Shown here one piece after another: positions 4,469 to 13,062 of a stretch of DNA of 38,720 nucleotides. The DNA lies in IMG/VR virus record IMGVR_UViG_3300021963_000007. One strand, written 5' to 3'. Under the pieces are notes generated by a model, which saw nothing but the letters and a program-made list of their open reading frames with translations, was not told the origin of the DNA and did not search any database. Numbering within the stretch: position 1 is the stretch's first letter; every line of letters starts with the position of its first letter. Source of the stretch: a virus. The translations under genes and the position numbers were made by a program.

Positions 4469-5878
4469 ATGTCCATGCCCAACCCGTTTGTCACGTTCCT
4501 GCTCACCTACCGTAACGACCCGGTGGCGTTCGTTGTCGACGTGCTCGGCGTCGAGCCCGACGACTGGCAGAAGGACTTCCTGCGCGCGGTGGCGGCCGGG
4601 CATCGCCGGGTCAGCATCCGGTCCGGTCACGGTGTGGGCAAATCAACCGGCGCAAGCTGGGCCATGCTCTGGTATCTGCTGACTCGCTACCCGGTCAAGA
4701 TCGTGGTGACGGCGCCCACCAGCAGCCAGCTTTACGACGCCCTGTTCGCCGAGGTGAAGCGCTGGGTCAAAGCGCTGCCCCCCGCGCTGGCTGACCTGCT
4801 CGACCCGAAGCAGGAGCGCATCGAACTCAAGAGCAGCCCCACCGAGGCCTTCATCAGCGCGCGCACAAGCCGCGCAGAGCAGCCAGAGGCCTTGCAGGGC
4901 ATTCACAGCGACAACGTGATGCTGATCGCCGACGAGGCCTCTGGCGTGCCCGAGCAGGTGTTCGAGGCCGCGGCCGGGTCGATGTCCGGGCATGCGGCCA
5001 CCACCATCCTGCTGGGCAACCCGGTGCGCAGCTCTGGGTTCTTCTACGACACCCACCACCGGTTGTCGTCGGAGTGGTGGACGCGCCGGGTGTCCTGCGC
5101 CGACAGCCCCCGCGTGAGCCCGGCCTATCTGGCCGAAATGCAGAGCCGCTACGGCGAGGAGTCGAACGCATACCGGGTCCGCGTGCTGGGCGAGTTCCCG
5201 CGCAGCGACGACGACACCATCATCCCGATGGAGCTGCTGGAAGCCGCCATCCATCGCGATGTAGCGCGCAGCGACGTGGCGCAGACCGTCTGGGGGCTGG
5301 ACGTGGCGCGGTTCGGCAGCGACTCCAGCGCGCTCTGTAAGCGCGCAGGGAACGCTGTGCTGGAGCCTGTGCGCCGCTGGCGGGGTCTGGACCTGATGCA
5401 GCTCACGGGCGCCGTGGTGGCCGAGTATGAGGCCCTGTCGCATGAGGAGCGGCCGGTCGAGATACTGGTCGATTCCATCGGGCTTGGCGCCGGGGTCGTG
5501 GACCGGCTGCGCGAACTCAACTTGCCGGCGCGCGGGATCAACGTCAGCGAGTCCCCGGCGATGGGCGGGACCTACCGCAACCTGCGCGCCGAGCTCTGGT
5601 ACAAGGCCAAGGCGTGGTTCGAGAAACGCGACTGCAAGCTGCCGAAGGACGAGCAGCTCGTGTCGGAGCTGGCCACCGTGCGTTACAAGTTCAGCAGCAA
5701 CGGTAAGACGCAGGTGGAAGGCAAGGACGAGATCCGGCGCCGCGGTCTGGCGTCGCCCGACCTTGCCGATGCGTTTGTGCTCACGTTCGCCTCTGATGCC
5801 GCTACGGTGACCTACGGGGCGTCGTACAACTCCCCGTGGTCGAAGCCTATCCGCCGGGCCATCCCGCGTCTTGCGTAA
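4469..5878 (+). CDS. terL: Terminase large subunit (469 aa)
   Basis: Track ORF. It has the Walker-A-like SGHGVGKST, the ATPase stretch VMLIADEASGV, and a C-terminal nuclease-like region. Its position upstream of the portal gene also fits. Confidence 0.85.
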   Translation: MSMPNPFVTFLLTYRNDPVAFVVDVLGVEPDDWQKDFLRAVAAGHRRVSIRSGHGVGKSTGASWAMLWYLLTRYPVKIVVTAPTSSQLYDALFAEVKRWVKALPPALADLLDPKQERIELKSSPTEAFISARTSRAEQPEALQGIHSDNVMLIADEASGVPEQVFEAAAGSMSGHAATTILLGNPVRSSGFFYDTHHRLSSEWWTRRVSCADSPRVSPAYLAEMQSRYGEESNAYRVRVLGEFPRSDDDTIIPMELLEAAIHRDVARSDVAQTVWGLDVARFGSDSSALCKRAGNAVLEPVRRWRGLDLMQLTGAVVAEYEALSHEERPVEILVDSIGLGAGVVDRLRELNLPARGINVSESPAMGGTYRNLRAELWYKAKAWFEKRDCKLPKDEQLVSELATVRYKFSSNGKTQVEGKDEIRRRGLASPDLADAFVLTFASDAATVTYGASYNSPWSKPIRRAIPRLA

Positions 5879-5926
5879 TCCTGCGCGCGCTGTGGTACGC
5901 TTCCGCCATCGATTTGAGGGCCTACC

Positions 5927-6085
5927 ATGAAGAAGTCGAAGATGCAAGCCAAGGTCGGCAAGGTAATGCACGAGTTCAAGGGCGGCACGCTGCATTCCGG
6001 CAAAGGTGGGCCCGTGGTCAAGAGTCCGAAACAGGCCATCGCCATTGCGATGAGCGAGGGCCGCAAGGCCGCGAGGAAAAAGTAA
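5927..6085 (+). CDS. Small conserved basic protein (52 aa, MKKSKMQAKVGKVMHEFKGGTLHSGKGGPVVKSPKQAIAIAMSEGRKAARKK)
   Basis: Not in the ORF track because it is under 60 aa. Translated by hand. GAGGG lies 6 nt upstream. The MHEFK..G.L.SG....V.S.KQAIAIA pattern matches a widespread small-protein family, from memory only. Confidence 0.65.
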   Translation: MKKSKMQAKVGKVMHEFKGGTLHSGKGGPVVKSPKQAIAIAMSEGRKAARKK

Positions 6086-6421
6086 ATGGCTAACCAGCTT
6101 GTCGACGGCAACGGCCGTGTCATCCCCGGCGCAATTCTATCGTCTGACGACATCGGCACCTCTGGCGTTGTCGCTGTTGGTACGACCTCCGCGGCCACCG
6201 CGGTTCTGTCGGCGACCAAGGACGTGCTGGTGCGACTAGCGTGCTCGCAGGGCCATTGCCATTTTGCAATCGCCGCGACGCCCACCGCGACCATCACTGC
6301 CAGCCCGATGCTGGTCAACAATTGGGTCGAATATGTCTACGTCAAGGCCAACGAAAAGCTGGCCTTTATCCGCGACGCCGGGGTGACCGCGGCTACGGTT
6401 GCGTGGACGGTCGTCGACTAA
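6086..6421 (+). CDS. Hypothetical structural-module protein (111 aa)
   Basis: Track ORF with a TAAATG junction to the upstream gene. Confidence 0.7.
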   Translation: MANQLVDGNGRVIPGAILSSDDIGTSGVVAVGTTSAATAVLSATKDVLVRLACSQGHCHFAIAATPTATITASPMLVNNWVEYVYVKANEKLAFIRDAGVTAATVAWTVVD

Positions 6422-6852
6422 TGGAGTGCCCGCTCGCCACGCGCGACATCAAGGCCAACCTCAAGGCCCGCGACTGGGCGTTCAAAAACGTCGGCTATGG
6501 CCCGGCGAACCCGGGCGACCCCAGCCCGCAGTTTTGGCAAGCCCGGGCGGATGAATGGCAGACGACGGTGGCGCAGGCCAAGGGCATGCGCTGCGGGAAC
6601 TGCGCTGCGTTTATCCAGACTGCGGAGATGCTTGACTGCATTCTTGACGGCATCGACGACGAGCCCGAGGGCTACGCGGCGAACGTGCTGGACGCGGCTG
6701 ACCTTGGGTTTTGTGAGCTGTTCGACTTCAAGTGCGCTGGCGACCGGACGTGCTCTGCGTGGCTGGCTGGCGGTCCGATTCACGGCCCCCGGCTAGAGCG
6801 CGACCGCGTGCGCAATCAGATTCTGCGAATCCAGTACAAGGCGCCGAAATGA
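6421..6852 (+). CDS. Hypothetical Cys-rich protein (143 aa; MRCGNCAAF...FCELFDFKCAGDRTCSAW)
   Basis: In-frame ATG 6421 of track ORF 6241..6852, with a TAATG overlap to the upstream stop. Confidence 0.65.
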   Translation: MECPLATRDIKANLKARDWAFKNVGYGPANPGDPSPQFWQARADEWQTTVAQAKGMRCGNCAAFIQTAEMLDCILDGIDDEPEGYAANVLDAADLGFCELFDFKCAGDRTCSAWLAGGPIHGPRLERDRVRNQILRIQYKAPK

Positions 6853-9038
6853 CCGGACCGACCCCAGAACAGATCGCGATGCTGGCCGACGCAGGCGTCG
6901 AGCTGCCGGACGAGGACGACGCTGGTCGCGAAGACGCGGCCGAGATTGAGGCCAACGAGAAACTTTCCGCGGCCGTTGCGGCTGAGCTCACAGATGCGAT
7001 TGATTACATCGACAGCGTGGTGTCCCCGGAGCGCGCGAAGGCGACGAGATATTATCGGGGCGAACCGTTTGGCACCGAAGAGGAGGGTCGCAGCGCGCAT
7101 GTGAGCACCGATGTGCGCGACGTGGTGCTGGGCATGATGCCCAACCTGATGCGCATCTTTACGGGCACCGAGCGCGTGGCCGAGTTTGTCCCCGTGGGCC
7201 CGGAGGACATCGCTAGCGCAGAGCAAGCGACCGACGTTGTCCACCAGATTTTCAGCAAGCAGAACCCGGGCTTTTCGATCCTCTACGCGGTGTTCAAGGA
7301 TGCGCTAGTCCGCAAGACCGGCATCGTTAAGTGGTGGCCCGAGGAACAGATCGACACTAGCGAGTACAGCTATTCGGGGCTATCTGACGCCGAGGTTGCG
7401 GTGCTGACGCAGGACCCGGAACTGGCCGTGGTGAGTGTCGCGATGAACGTCGAGGCCAAGGCCGAAAGCCTCGACATGCAGGGCCTCCAGCCGATGGCGC
7501 TACCGACGTTCGATGTGGTCCTGCGCCGGGTTAAGCGCCAACTCAAGTACCGCGTCGCCGCGGTGCCGCCGGAGGAGTTTTTGGTAGACCGGCGCGCGAG
7601 AGACCTCGACAGCGCAAGCCTAGTGGCGCACCGGCAGGTGCTCACCGTCAGCGACCTCGTGGCGATGGGCTACGACCAGAAACTGGTCGAGGAAAACTCC
7701 AGCGAGGACGACGACCTCGAAACGAACGAGGAGCGCACCGAGCGCAATCCTTTCCTGTCGATTTACAAGGCGGACCGATCTGACGCCCCGAGCCGCAAGG
7801 TGCTCTACATCGAGAGCTACCTGCGCTATGACCGCGACGGCGATGGTGTCGCCGAGCTGGTGAAGGTTTGCACCATCGGCAGCGCGTACAAGGTCGTGGC
7901 AGCGGAGGGATGCGACGAGGTCCCGTTCGCGGTTTTTACGCCGGACCCCGAGCCGCATCTTGTCATCGGTTTGAGCGAGGCCGACAAGGTCCTCGACATT
8001 CAGGAGACTAAGTCCGAAGTGATGCGCGACATCCTCGACAGTCTTGCGCAGTCCATCCACCCCCGGACGGCCATTGTCGAAGGGCAGGTCAACCTCGACG
8101 ACGTGTTGAACAACGAAACCGGGGCCATCATCCGCATGCGCGCGCCGGGCATGGTCCAGCCTTTCTCGCAGCCTTTTGTTGGGCAGGCGGCGTTCCCGGT
8201 GGTCGAATACCTCGACATGGTCAAGGAGACGCGCACGGGCATCAGCAAGGCCTCGCAGGGCCTCAACGCGGACGCGCTCCAGAGCAGCACCAGAGCGGCC
8301 GTGGCGGCCACCATAAGCGCTGCGCAGGGCCGCATAGAGCTGGTGGCCCGGGTGTTTGCCGAGACTGGGCTCAAGCGCATGTTCCGCGGCCTGCTCCGCA
8401 TGCTGACCAAGCACCAGAGCCAGCCGATGATCGTGCGCCTGCGGGGCAAGTTTGTGCCCATCGACCCGCGAGTCTGGAATGCGGATATGGATGTCGATGT
8501 GAACGTGGCGCTGAGTGCTAGCAGCAATGAAGAGCGCATGGCAATGCTTACGCAGATTGCGGCGAAGCAGGAGCAGATCCTGCAAACGCTGGGTCCGGCG
8601 AATCCGCTGGTCACCGTGCAGCAGTACCGGAACACGCTGGCCAAAGTGGTCGAGCTGTCCGGATTCCGTGATGCGTCGCAGTTTGTGAGCGAAGTTTCGG
8701 CCGACTACCAGCCGCCTGAGCCCACCCCGCCGGGCCCGACGCCGGAGCAGATATTGGCGCAGGTGCAGGCGCAGTCGATCCACGCAGACATCGCCAAAAA
8801 AGCGGCCGAGCTCCAGCTCAAAAAGGAAGAATCGCTGCGGGCCGACGACCGCGAGCGAGACAAGCTCGACGCAGACATCTCGCTGCGCGCCGCCGAAATC
8901 CAAGCGAGGTACGGCGCGCAGGTCAACGTCGCGCAGATCCGCGCGCTGGTCGAGCGCGAGCGCGAACAGTCCCGGCAACAGACAGCGATGCAGCAGGCCG
9001 TCGCGCCTCAAATGCCACAACAGCTCCCGATGATGTGA
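6849..9038 (+). CDS. Portal protein (729 aa)
   Basis: In-frame ATG 6849 (ATGA overlap) of track ORF 6732..9038. Supported by its size, its position after terL, the YYRGEPFGTEEEGRSAHVSTDVRD region, and a C-terminal coiled-coil, Q-rich tail. Confidence 0.85.
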   Translation: MTGPTPEQIAMLADAGVELPDEDDAGREDAAEIEANEKLSAAVAAELTDAIDYIDSVVSPERAKATRYYRGEPFGTEEEGRSAHVSTDVRDVVLGMMPNLMRIFTGTERVAEFVPVGPEDIASAEQATDVVHQIFSKQNPGFSILYAVFKDALVRKTGIVKWWPEEQIDTSEYSYSGLSDAEVAVLTQDPELAVVSVAMNVEAKAESLDMQGLQPMALPTFDVVLRRVKRQLKYRVAAVPPEEFLVDRRARDLDSASLVAHRQVLTVSDLVAMGYDQKLVEENSSEDDDLETNEERTERNPFLSIYKADRSDAPSRKVLYIESYLRYDRDGDGVAELVKVCTIGSAYKVVAAEGCDEVPFAVFTPDPEPHLVIGLSEADKVLDIQETKSEVMRDILDSLAQSIHPRTAIVEGQVNLDDVLNNETGAIIRMRAPGMVQPFSQPFVGQAAFPVVEYLDMVKETRTGISKASQGLNADALQSSTRAAVAATISAAQGRIELVARVFAETGLKRMFRGLLRMLTKHQSQPMIVRLRGKFVPIDPRVWNADMDVDVNVALSASSNEERMAMLTQIAAKQEQILQTLGPANPLVTVQQYRNTLAKVVELSGFRDASQFVSEVSADYQPPEPTPPGPTPEQILAQVQAQSIHADIAKKAAELQLKKEESLRADDRERDKLDADISLRAAEIQARYGAQVNVAQIRALVEREREQSRQQTAMQQAVAPQMPQQLPMM

Positions 9039-9045
9039 GAACCCG

Positions 9046-9309
9046 ATGACCCGGTCCGAAGAAGTCGAATATGGCGCCCGAGCCCAGCAGTTGCTGGACG
9101 ACCCGGTGCTGCAGAAAGTGCTGGCCGACCTCGAGGCCCAGTACGTCGAGAGCTGGCGCAAAACCCCGCCAGAGGACGCACAAGGCCGCGAGATGCTCTA
9201 CAGGGCCATCACCTGCCTTGACCACGTCAGAACCCACCTAAACGTAGTGGCGCAGTCTGGGCGCCTCACGTTGGCCCATATGGAGCGCCTAAAAGGGCGC
9301 AAGGAGTAA
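9046..9309 (+). CDS. Hypothetical head-module protein (87 aa)
   Basis: Track ORF lying between the portal and scaffold genes. Confidence 0.7.
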   Translation: MTRSEEVEYGARAQQLLDDPVLQKVLADLEAQYVESWRKTPPEDAQGREMLYRAITCLDHVRTHLNVVAQSGRLTLAHMERLKGRKE

Positions 9310-9312
9310 ACG

Positions 9313-10287
9313 ATGAGCAGCACGCCAGAGAGCACTGCGGATGTTAACAGCGGCAGCCTACAAGCCGCAGAAGCCGCTTTCGAGAGTTTATTGGCCGGCG
9401 AACAGCCGGAGACCCAAGAGGCTTCCGAAAGCACGCAGGCGCCGGATTATTCCGACGCCGGTTACGACGCGCCGGAAGACGTGTCGGAGCCGCTCCGCGA
9501 TGATGATGAATCGGAGGCAGAGCAAGACCCGGTGCCGGTCTACACCATTAAGGTTAATGGTCAAGAGATCGAGGTCCCGCTTAATGAGCTGATCAACGGT
9601 TATTCAAGGACCGCGGACTACACCCGTAAGACCCAAGAGCTCGCCGAGGCACGCAAAGCAGCGCTCGCCGAGTTCGATCAGGTCCGGACGGAGCGCGCAC
9701 AATACGCGCACCTGCTCAACGCACTACAGCAGCAGGTCGAGGCCAACACGCCCGCGGAACCCGACTGGGACCGGCTTCGCGCCGACGACCCCATCGAGTA
9801 CAGCGTGCAGTGGGCTGAAAAACAGCGGCGGCAGCAGCGGCTCTACGCAATCCAGCAGGAGCAGGGCCGATTGGCCGAGATCGCTCAGTTCGAGCAGGCT
9901 CAGCACAACCAGTCGGTCCTGATGCAGGAGCGCGATGCGTTGCTGACCGTAGTCCCCGAGTGGAAAAACCCGGAGACCGCGAAACAGGAACGCGACGCAC
10001 TGCTGACCTATGGGCAGCAGAACGGGTTCCATGCCGATGAGCTGAAGAGTCTGGTGGACCACCGCTCTGTGGCCATCTTGCGCAAAGCCATGCTGTTCGA
10101 CCAACTGCAAAACCGAGCCGGACAGGTGAAGCCGGTGCAGCGCCAAGCTGCGCCCGTGCTGCGCCCCGGGGCGGCGAATACCGTGCCGAAGTCGGTGAGC
10201 GATTTGACGCGCGCGAAACAGCGTCTTGCAAAAACTGGGAGCGTCCGCGATGCCGCGAGCGCTTTTGAAGCTCTACTTTCGAGGTAA
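9313..10287 (+). CDS. Scaffolding protein candidate (324 aa)
   Basis: Track ORF with a GGAG Shine-Dalgarno sequence. It has an acidic N-terminus and long E/Q/R-rich helical segments, and sits immediately upstream of the major capsid gene. Confidence 0.6.
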   Translation: MSSTPESTADVNSGSLQAAEAAFESLLAGEQPETQEASESTQAPDYSDAGYDAPEDVSEPLRDDDESEAEQDPVPVYTIKVNGQEIEVPLNELINGYSRTADYTRKTQELAEARKAALAEFDQVRTERAQYAHLLNALQQQVEANTPAEPDWDRLRADDPIEYSVQWAEKQRRQQRLYAIQQEQGRLAEIAQFEQAQHNQSVLMQERDALLTVVPEWKNPETAKQERDALLTYGQQNGFHADELKSLVDHRSVAILRKAMLFDQLQNRAGQVKPVQRQAAPVLRPGAANTVPKSVSDLTRAKQRLAKTGSVRDAASAFEALLSR

Positions 10288-10292
10288 TTAAA

Positions 10293-11228
10293 ATGGCTAT
10301 CGTCACGAATGCTTTTCCGACCTACACCGCCAAGGGGAACCGCGAGGACCTCTCGGACATGATCTACAACATTGACCCGACCGACACCCCGTTCGTTACG
10401 GCTGTCGGTCGCCGCAATGTCTCCAACGTGACTTTCGATTGGCAGACTGAAAACCTGCCCGCCGTCTCCACCACGGCCGAGCTGGAAGGTTTTGAATTGA
10501 GCCGCAGCGCCGCCACCGCTACCGTTCGCGCCTCTAACATCTGCCAGATCCAGAAGCGCGACGCTACCGTCACCGGCTCGCAGCAGTCGATGAACAGCGC
10601 CGGCCGCAACAGCGAAATGGCGCACCAGATGGCGCTCTCAAGCAAAGCGCTCAAGCGCGACATGGAGAAGTCCCTGCTTGCAAATCAGGCGTCTAACTCC
10701 GGCAACACGACCACGGCCCGCCTCACGCGCGCGATTGAATCGTGGCTGTCGACCAACGCTAGCCGCGGCGTCGGTGGTGCCAGCGGGTCCACCTCCACGG
10801 CCGCGACGGACGGCACCCAGCGTGCGCTGGACGAGACGCTGCTCAAAGGCAATTTGCAGACCTGCTACATCAACGGCGCGGAGCCCACGCTGCTGATGGT
10901 TGGCCCGGTCAACAAGATGAAGGTCTCGGCATTTACCGGCCGCAGCACTTCGCAGCAGGTTGTGTCCCCGAGCACCATCTTGCAGTCCGCGACGATTTAC
11001 GCTTCCGACTTTGGTGACCTCAAAGTGGTCCCCAACCGCTGGCAGCGTGAGCGCACCGCGTTTTTGCTCGACCCGAGCTACGCGGCGGTGGGCTACTTCC
11101 GCAACTTCCAGCGCACCCCGATTGCTAAAATCGGCGACGCGGAAACGGAAATGATCGTGGTGGAGTACGGTCTCGAAATGCGCAACGAAGCGGCGCACGG
11201 TGTGATCGCGGACCTGACCACGACCTAA
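10293..11228 (+). CDS. Major capsid protein (HK97 fold, SU10/DUF5309-like), 311 aa
   Basis: Track ORF. The N-terminal motif GNREDLSDMIYNIDPTDTPFVTAVG is typical of this capsid family, from memory only. A strong hairpin follows the gene. Confidence 0.85.
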   Translation: MAIVTNAFPTYTAKGNREDLSDMIYNIDPTDTPFVTAVGRRNVSNVTFDWQTENLPAVSTTAELEGFELSRSAATATVRASNICQIQKRDATVTGSQQSMNSAGRNSEMAHQMALSSKALKRDMEKSLLANQASNSGNTTTARLTRAIESWLSTNASRGVGGASGSTSTAATDGTQRALDETLLKGNLQTCYINGAEPTLLMVGPVNKMKVSAFTGRSTSQQVVSPSTILQSATIYASDFGDLKVVPNRWQRERTAFLLDPSYAAVGYFRNFQRTPIAKIGDAETEMIVVEYGLEMRNEAAHGVIADLTTT

Positions 11229-11243
11229 GACTGGTGATGGCAA

Positions 11244-11261
11244 GGGGGCGGCAACGCCCCC
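11244..11261 (+). terminator. Hairpin GGGGGCG-GCAA-CGCCCCC after the capsid gene; a partial terminator or attenuator
   Basis: Perfect 7-bp stem, followed only by a weak T-containing stretch (GAGCCTTTAT). Confidence 0.45.
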
Positions 11262-11280
11262 GAGCCTTTATGGGGGGCAC

Positions 11281-11577
11281 ATGAAAACGGTACTCGAAAC
11301 GACAGCGACAACCGCAAAAACGCTGGTCAGCGACGCGCACGAGGACGGCCGCGTGGTCCACGTTTCGCAGCAGGATGTAGCGCCGATCATCGACTTCGCG
11401 CGAGCTCGTCAGGACCACGGTAAATGGGATTCTGAGATGAAACCCGTGGCCGAAATCCCGATGGTGATCGTCGAGCAGATGATGCGCGACGGTAGCTGGA
11501 ACGACCCGGCCGCGGTGAAGCGCTGGTTAAATGACCCGCAAAACGACTGCTTCCGGATTTGGCGGGGCCGCGTGTGA
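11281..11577 (+). CDS. Hypothetical head-module protein (98 aa)
   Basis: Track ORF with GGGGGG 4 nt upstream of the ATG. Confidence 0.7.
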   Translation: MKTVLETTATTAKTLVSDAHEDGRVVHVSQQDVAPIIDFARARQDHGKWDSEMKPVAEIPMVIVEQMMRDGSWNDPAAVKRWLNDPQNDCFRIWRGRV

Positions 11578-12191
11578 TCACCAACTACGCGACCCTTAAA
11601 GCCGCGGTAGCGGACTGGCTTAACCGGACCGACCTCACCGACCAGATCCCGACTTTTATCCAGCTCGCCGAAGCTGGGCTCAATCGCGACATGCGAATCC
11701 GCCCAATGGTCGTCCGCGCGGACGCCACAATCGACTCGCAGTACACCACGCTGCCGCTCGATTACCTCGAGATGACGACGCTGTACCTGCGCACCAGCCC
11801 GGTCACTAAGCTGCAATTCCTGACGCAGGAAGAGATGCAGCTCAAAAAGAGCCAAGGTTACCCGACCAGCGGCACGCCCCGATATTTTTCTGTCGTCGGC
11901 GCCTCGATGGAGGTGCTGCCGGCGCCAGACTCCGCGCAGACCGCGGAGATGATCTACTACGGCAAAACGCCGACCCTATCCGAGTCCAACACGACCAATT
12001 GGCTACTGACCGCGCACCCGGACATCTATCTGTGGGCGTCGCTCATCGCAAGCGCGCCATACCTGCGCGATGACGGCCGCATCGAAACGTGGCGCGGCCT
12101 GTTGGGCGCTGCGATGGATAGTCTGGTGCTGGCCAACTCCCGGCAGGAGTTTAGCGGCGGCGTTGTTAAGATTCGGTCGAGGTCCTACTGA
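11574..12191 (+). CDS. Head-tail adaptor / head-completion candidate (about 205 aa); start GTG 11574 or TTG 11559
   Basis: Frame of track ORF 11559..12191. GTG 11574 overlaps the upstream TGA. The N-terminal ITNYATLKAAVADWLNRTDL pattern resembles adaptor-type proteins I recall from podoviruses. Confidence 0.5.
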   Translation: MITNYATLKAAVADWLNRTDLTDQIPTFIQLAEAGLNRDMRIRPMVVRADATIDSQYTTLPLDYLEMTTLYLRTSPVTKLQFLTQEEMQLKKSQGYPTSGTPRYFSVVGASMEVLPAPDSAQTAEMIYYGKTPTLSESNTTNWLLTAHPDIYLWASLIASAPYLRDDGRIETWRGLLGAAMDSLVLANSRQEFSGGVVKIRSRSY

Positions 12192-12577
12192 TGGCCGGCT
12201 CCTACACCGATTATCTTGAGAACGCAGTGGTGCAGCATGTTTTCTGTGGCGTTCCCTACACGCCAGCAGGCACGCTTTATGTCGCCGCCTACAGCACGTT
12301 GCCGACAGATTCCGGTGGCGGTGTAGAGCTCACCGGAACTAATTACGCTCGACGCCCGATTACGTTTTCTGCGACGGGGTCCGCTGCTAGCAACGTCTCC
12401 GACATAGCATTCGCCGCAGCGGGAAGTGCATGGGGCACCGTTGTTGGCTTTGGGATTTTCGATTCGCTTTCATCCGGTAATTTGTTGGCATGGGGAGACA
12501 TAGCAGTCGCGCGGACAGTTTTCACGAACGACGTGCTATTGATCCCTGCCGGCGCCGTCACGATTACACAGTCTTAG
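12191..12577 (+). CDS. Virion-associated protein, paralogue 1 (128 aa)
   Basis: Track ORF. It shares the motifs LEN....F, TLY, P.D.GGG.E..G..YAR, WGT...FGIFD and GNLL with the next gene. Confidence 0.7.
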   Translation: MAGSYTDYLENAVVQHVFCGVPYTPAGTLYVAAYSTLPTDSGGGVELTGTNYARRPITFSATGSAASNVSDIAFAAAGSAWGTVVGFGIFDSLSSGNLLAWGDIAVARTVFTNDVLLIPAGAVTITQS

Positions 12578-12589
12578 TAGAGGGACAAC

Positions 12590-13060
12590 ATGGCCGCTTT
12601 TTCCAATTTTCTCGAAAACAAGTTGATCGACTGGCTGTTTCGCGCCCAAGCAATCGGCATTACGGGGGCATCCGCAGCGGCCGGGACTGGCCCGGCCACG
12701 CTGTATGCCGGGCTCTATACCTCGGCCCCTTCAGACGCAGGCGGCGGCACCGAGGTGTCTGGGGGCTCGTATGCTCGCGTCGCCATTACGTCGAGCCTTT
12801 CCAATTGGGCGGGGACGCAAGCGGCAGCGTCGACTACCGTTTCGTCAGGGACATCCGGGACTACCAGCAATAATGGGTCTGTGACGTTTCCGGTCCCGAC
12901 AGCCAATTGGGGCACCATCACGTCTTTTGGGATTTTTGATGCTGCGACCGGGGGCAATCTGCTGATCTATGGCACGTTGACGACATCTAAAACGGTCAAC
13001 AACGGCGACGCGGCGCCGACGTTTCCTGCGGCGGCGCTTAGCGTCCAGATAGACAACTAA
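12590..13060 (+). CDS. Virion-associated protein, paralogue 2 (156 aa)
   Basis: Track ORF with a GGGA Shine-Dalgarno sequence. It has the same motif set as 12191..12577, plus an inserted S/T/G-rich segment. Confidence 0.7.
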   Translation: MAAFSNFLENKLIDWLFRAQAIGITGASAAAGTGPATLYAGLYTSAPSDAGGGTEVSGGSYARVAITSSLSNWAGTQAAASTTVSSGTSGTTSNNGSVTFPVPTANWGTITSFGIFDAATGGNLLIYGTLTTSKTVNNGDAAPTFPAAALSVQIDN

Positions 13061-13062
13061 CC

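Noticed and set aside
4643-5995. 450-aa ORF on the minus strand opposite terL. Similar long antisense or off-frame ORFs include 7620..9161 (-), 30542..32128 (-), 23781..24320 (-), 35306..36079 (-), 35164..36147 (+), 17615..18208 (+), 36994..37575 (-) and 37284..38153 (-).
   Set aside because: These are typical shadow ORFs of high-GC DNA. Their products are Arg/Pro/Gly/Ala-rich with no motifs, they lack ribosome-binding sites, and they fully overlap genes with clear family signatures on the other strand or frame.
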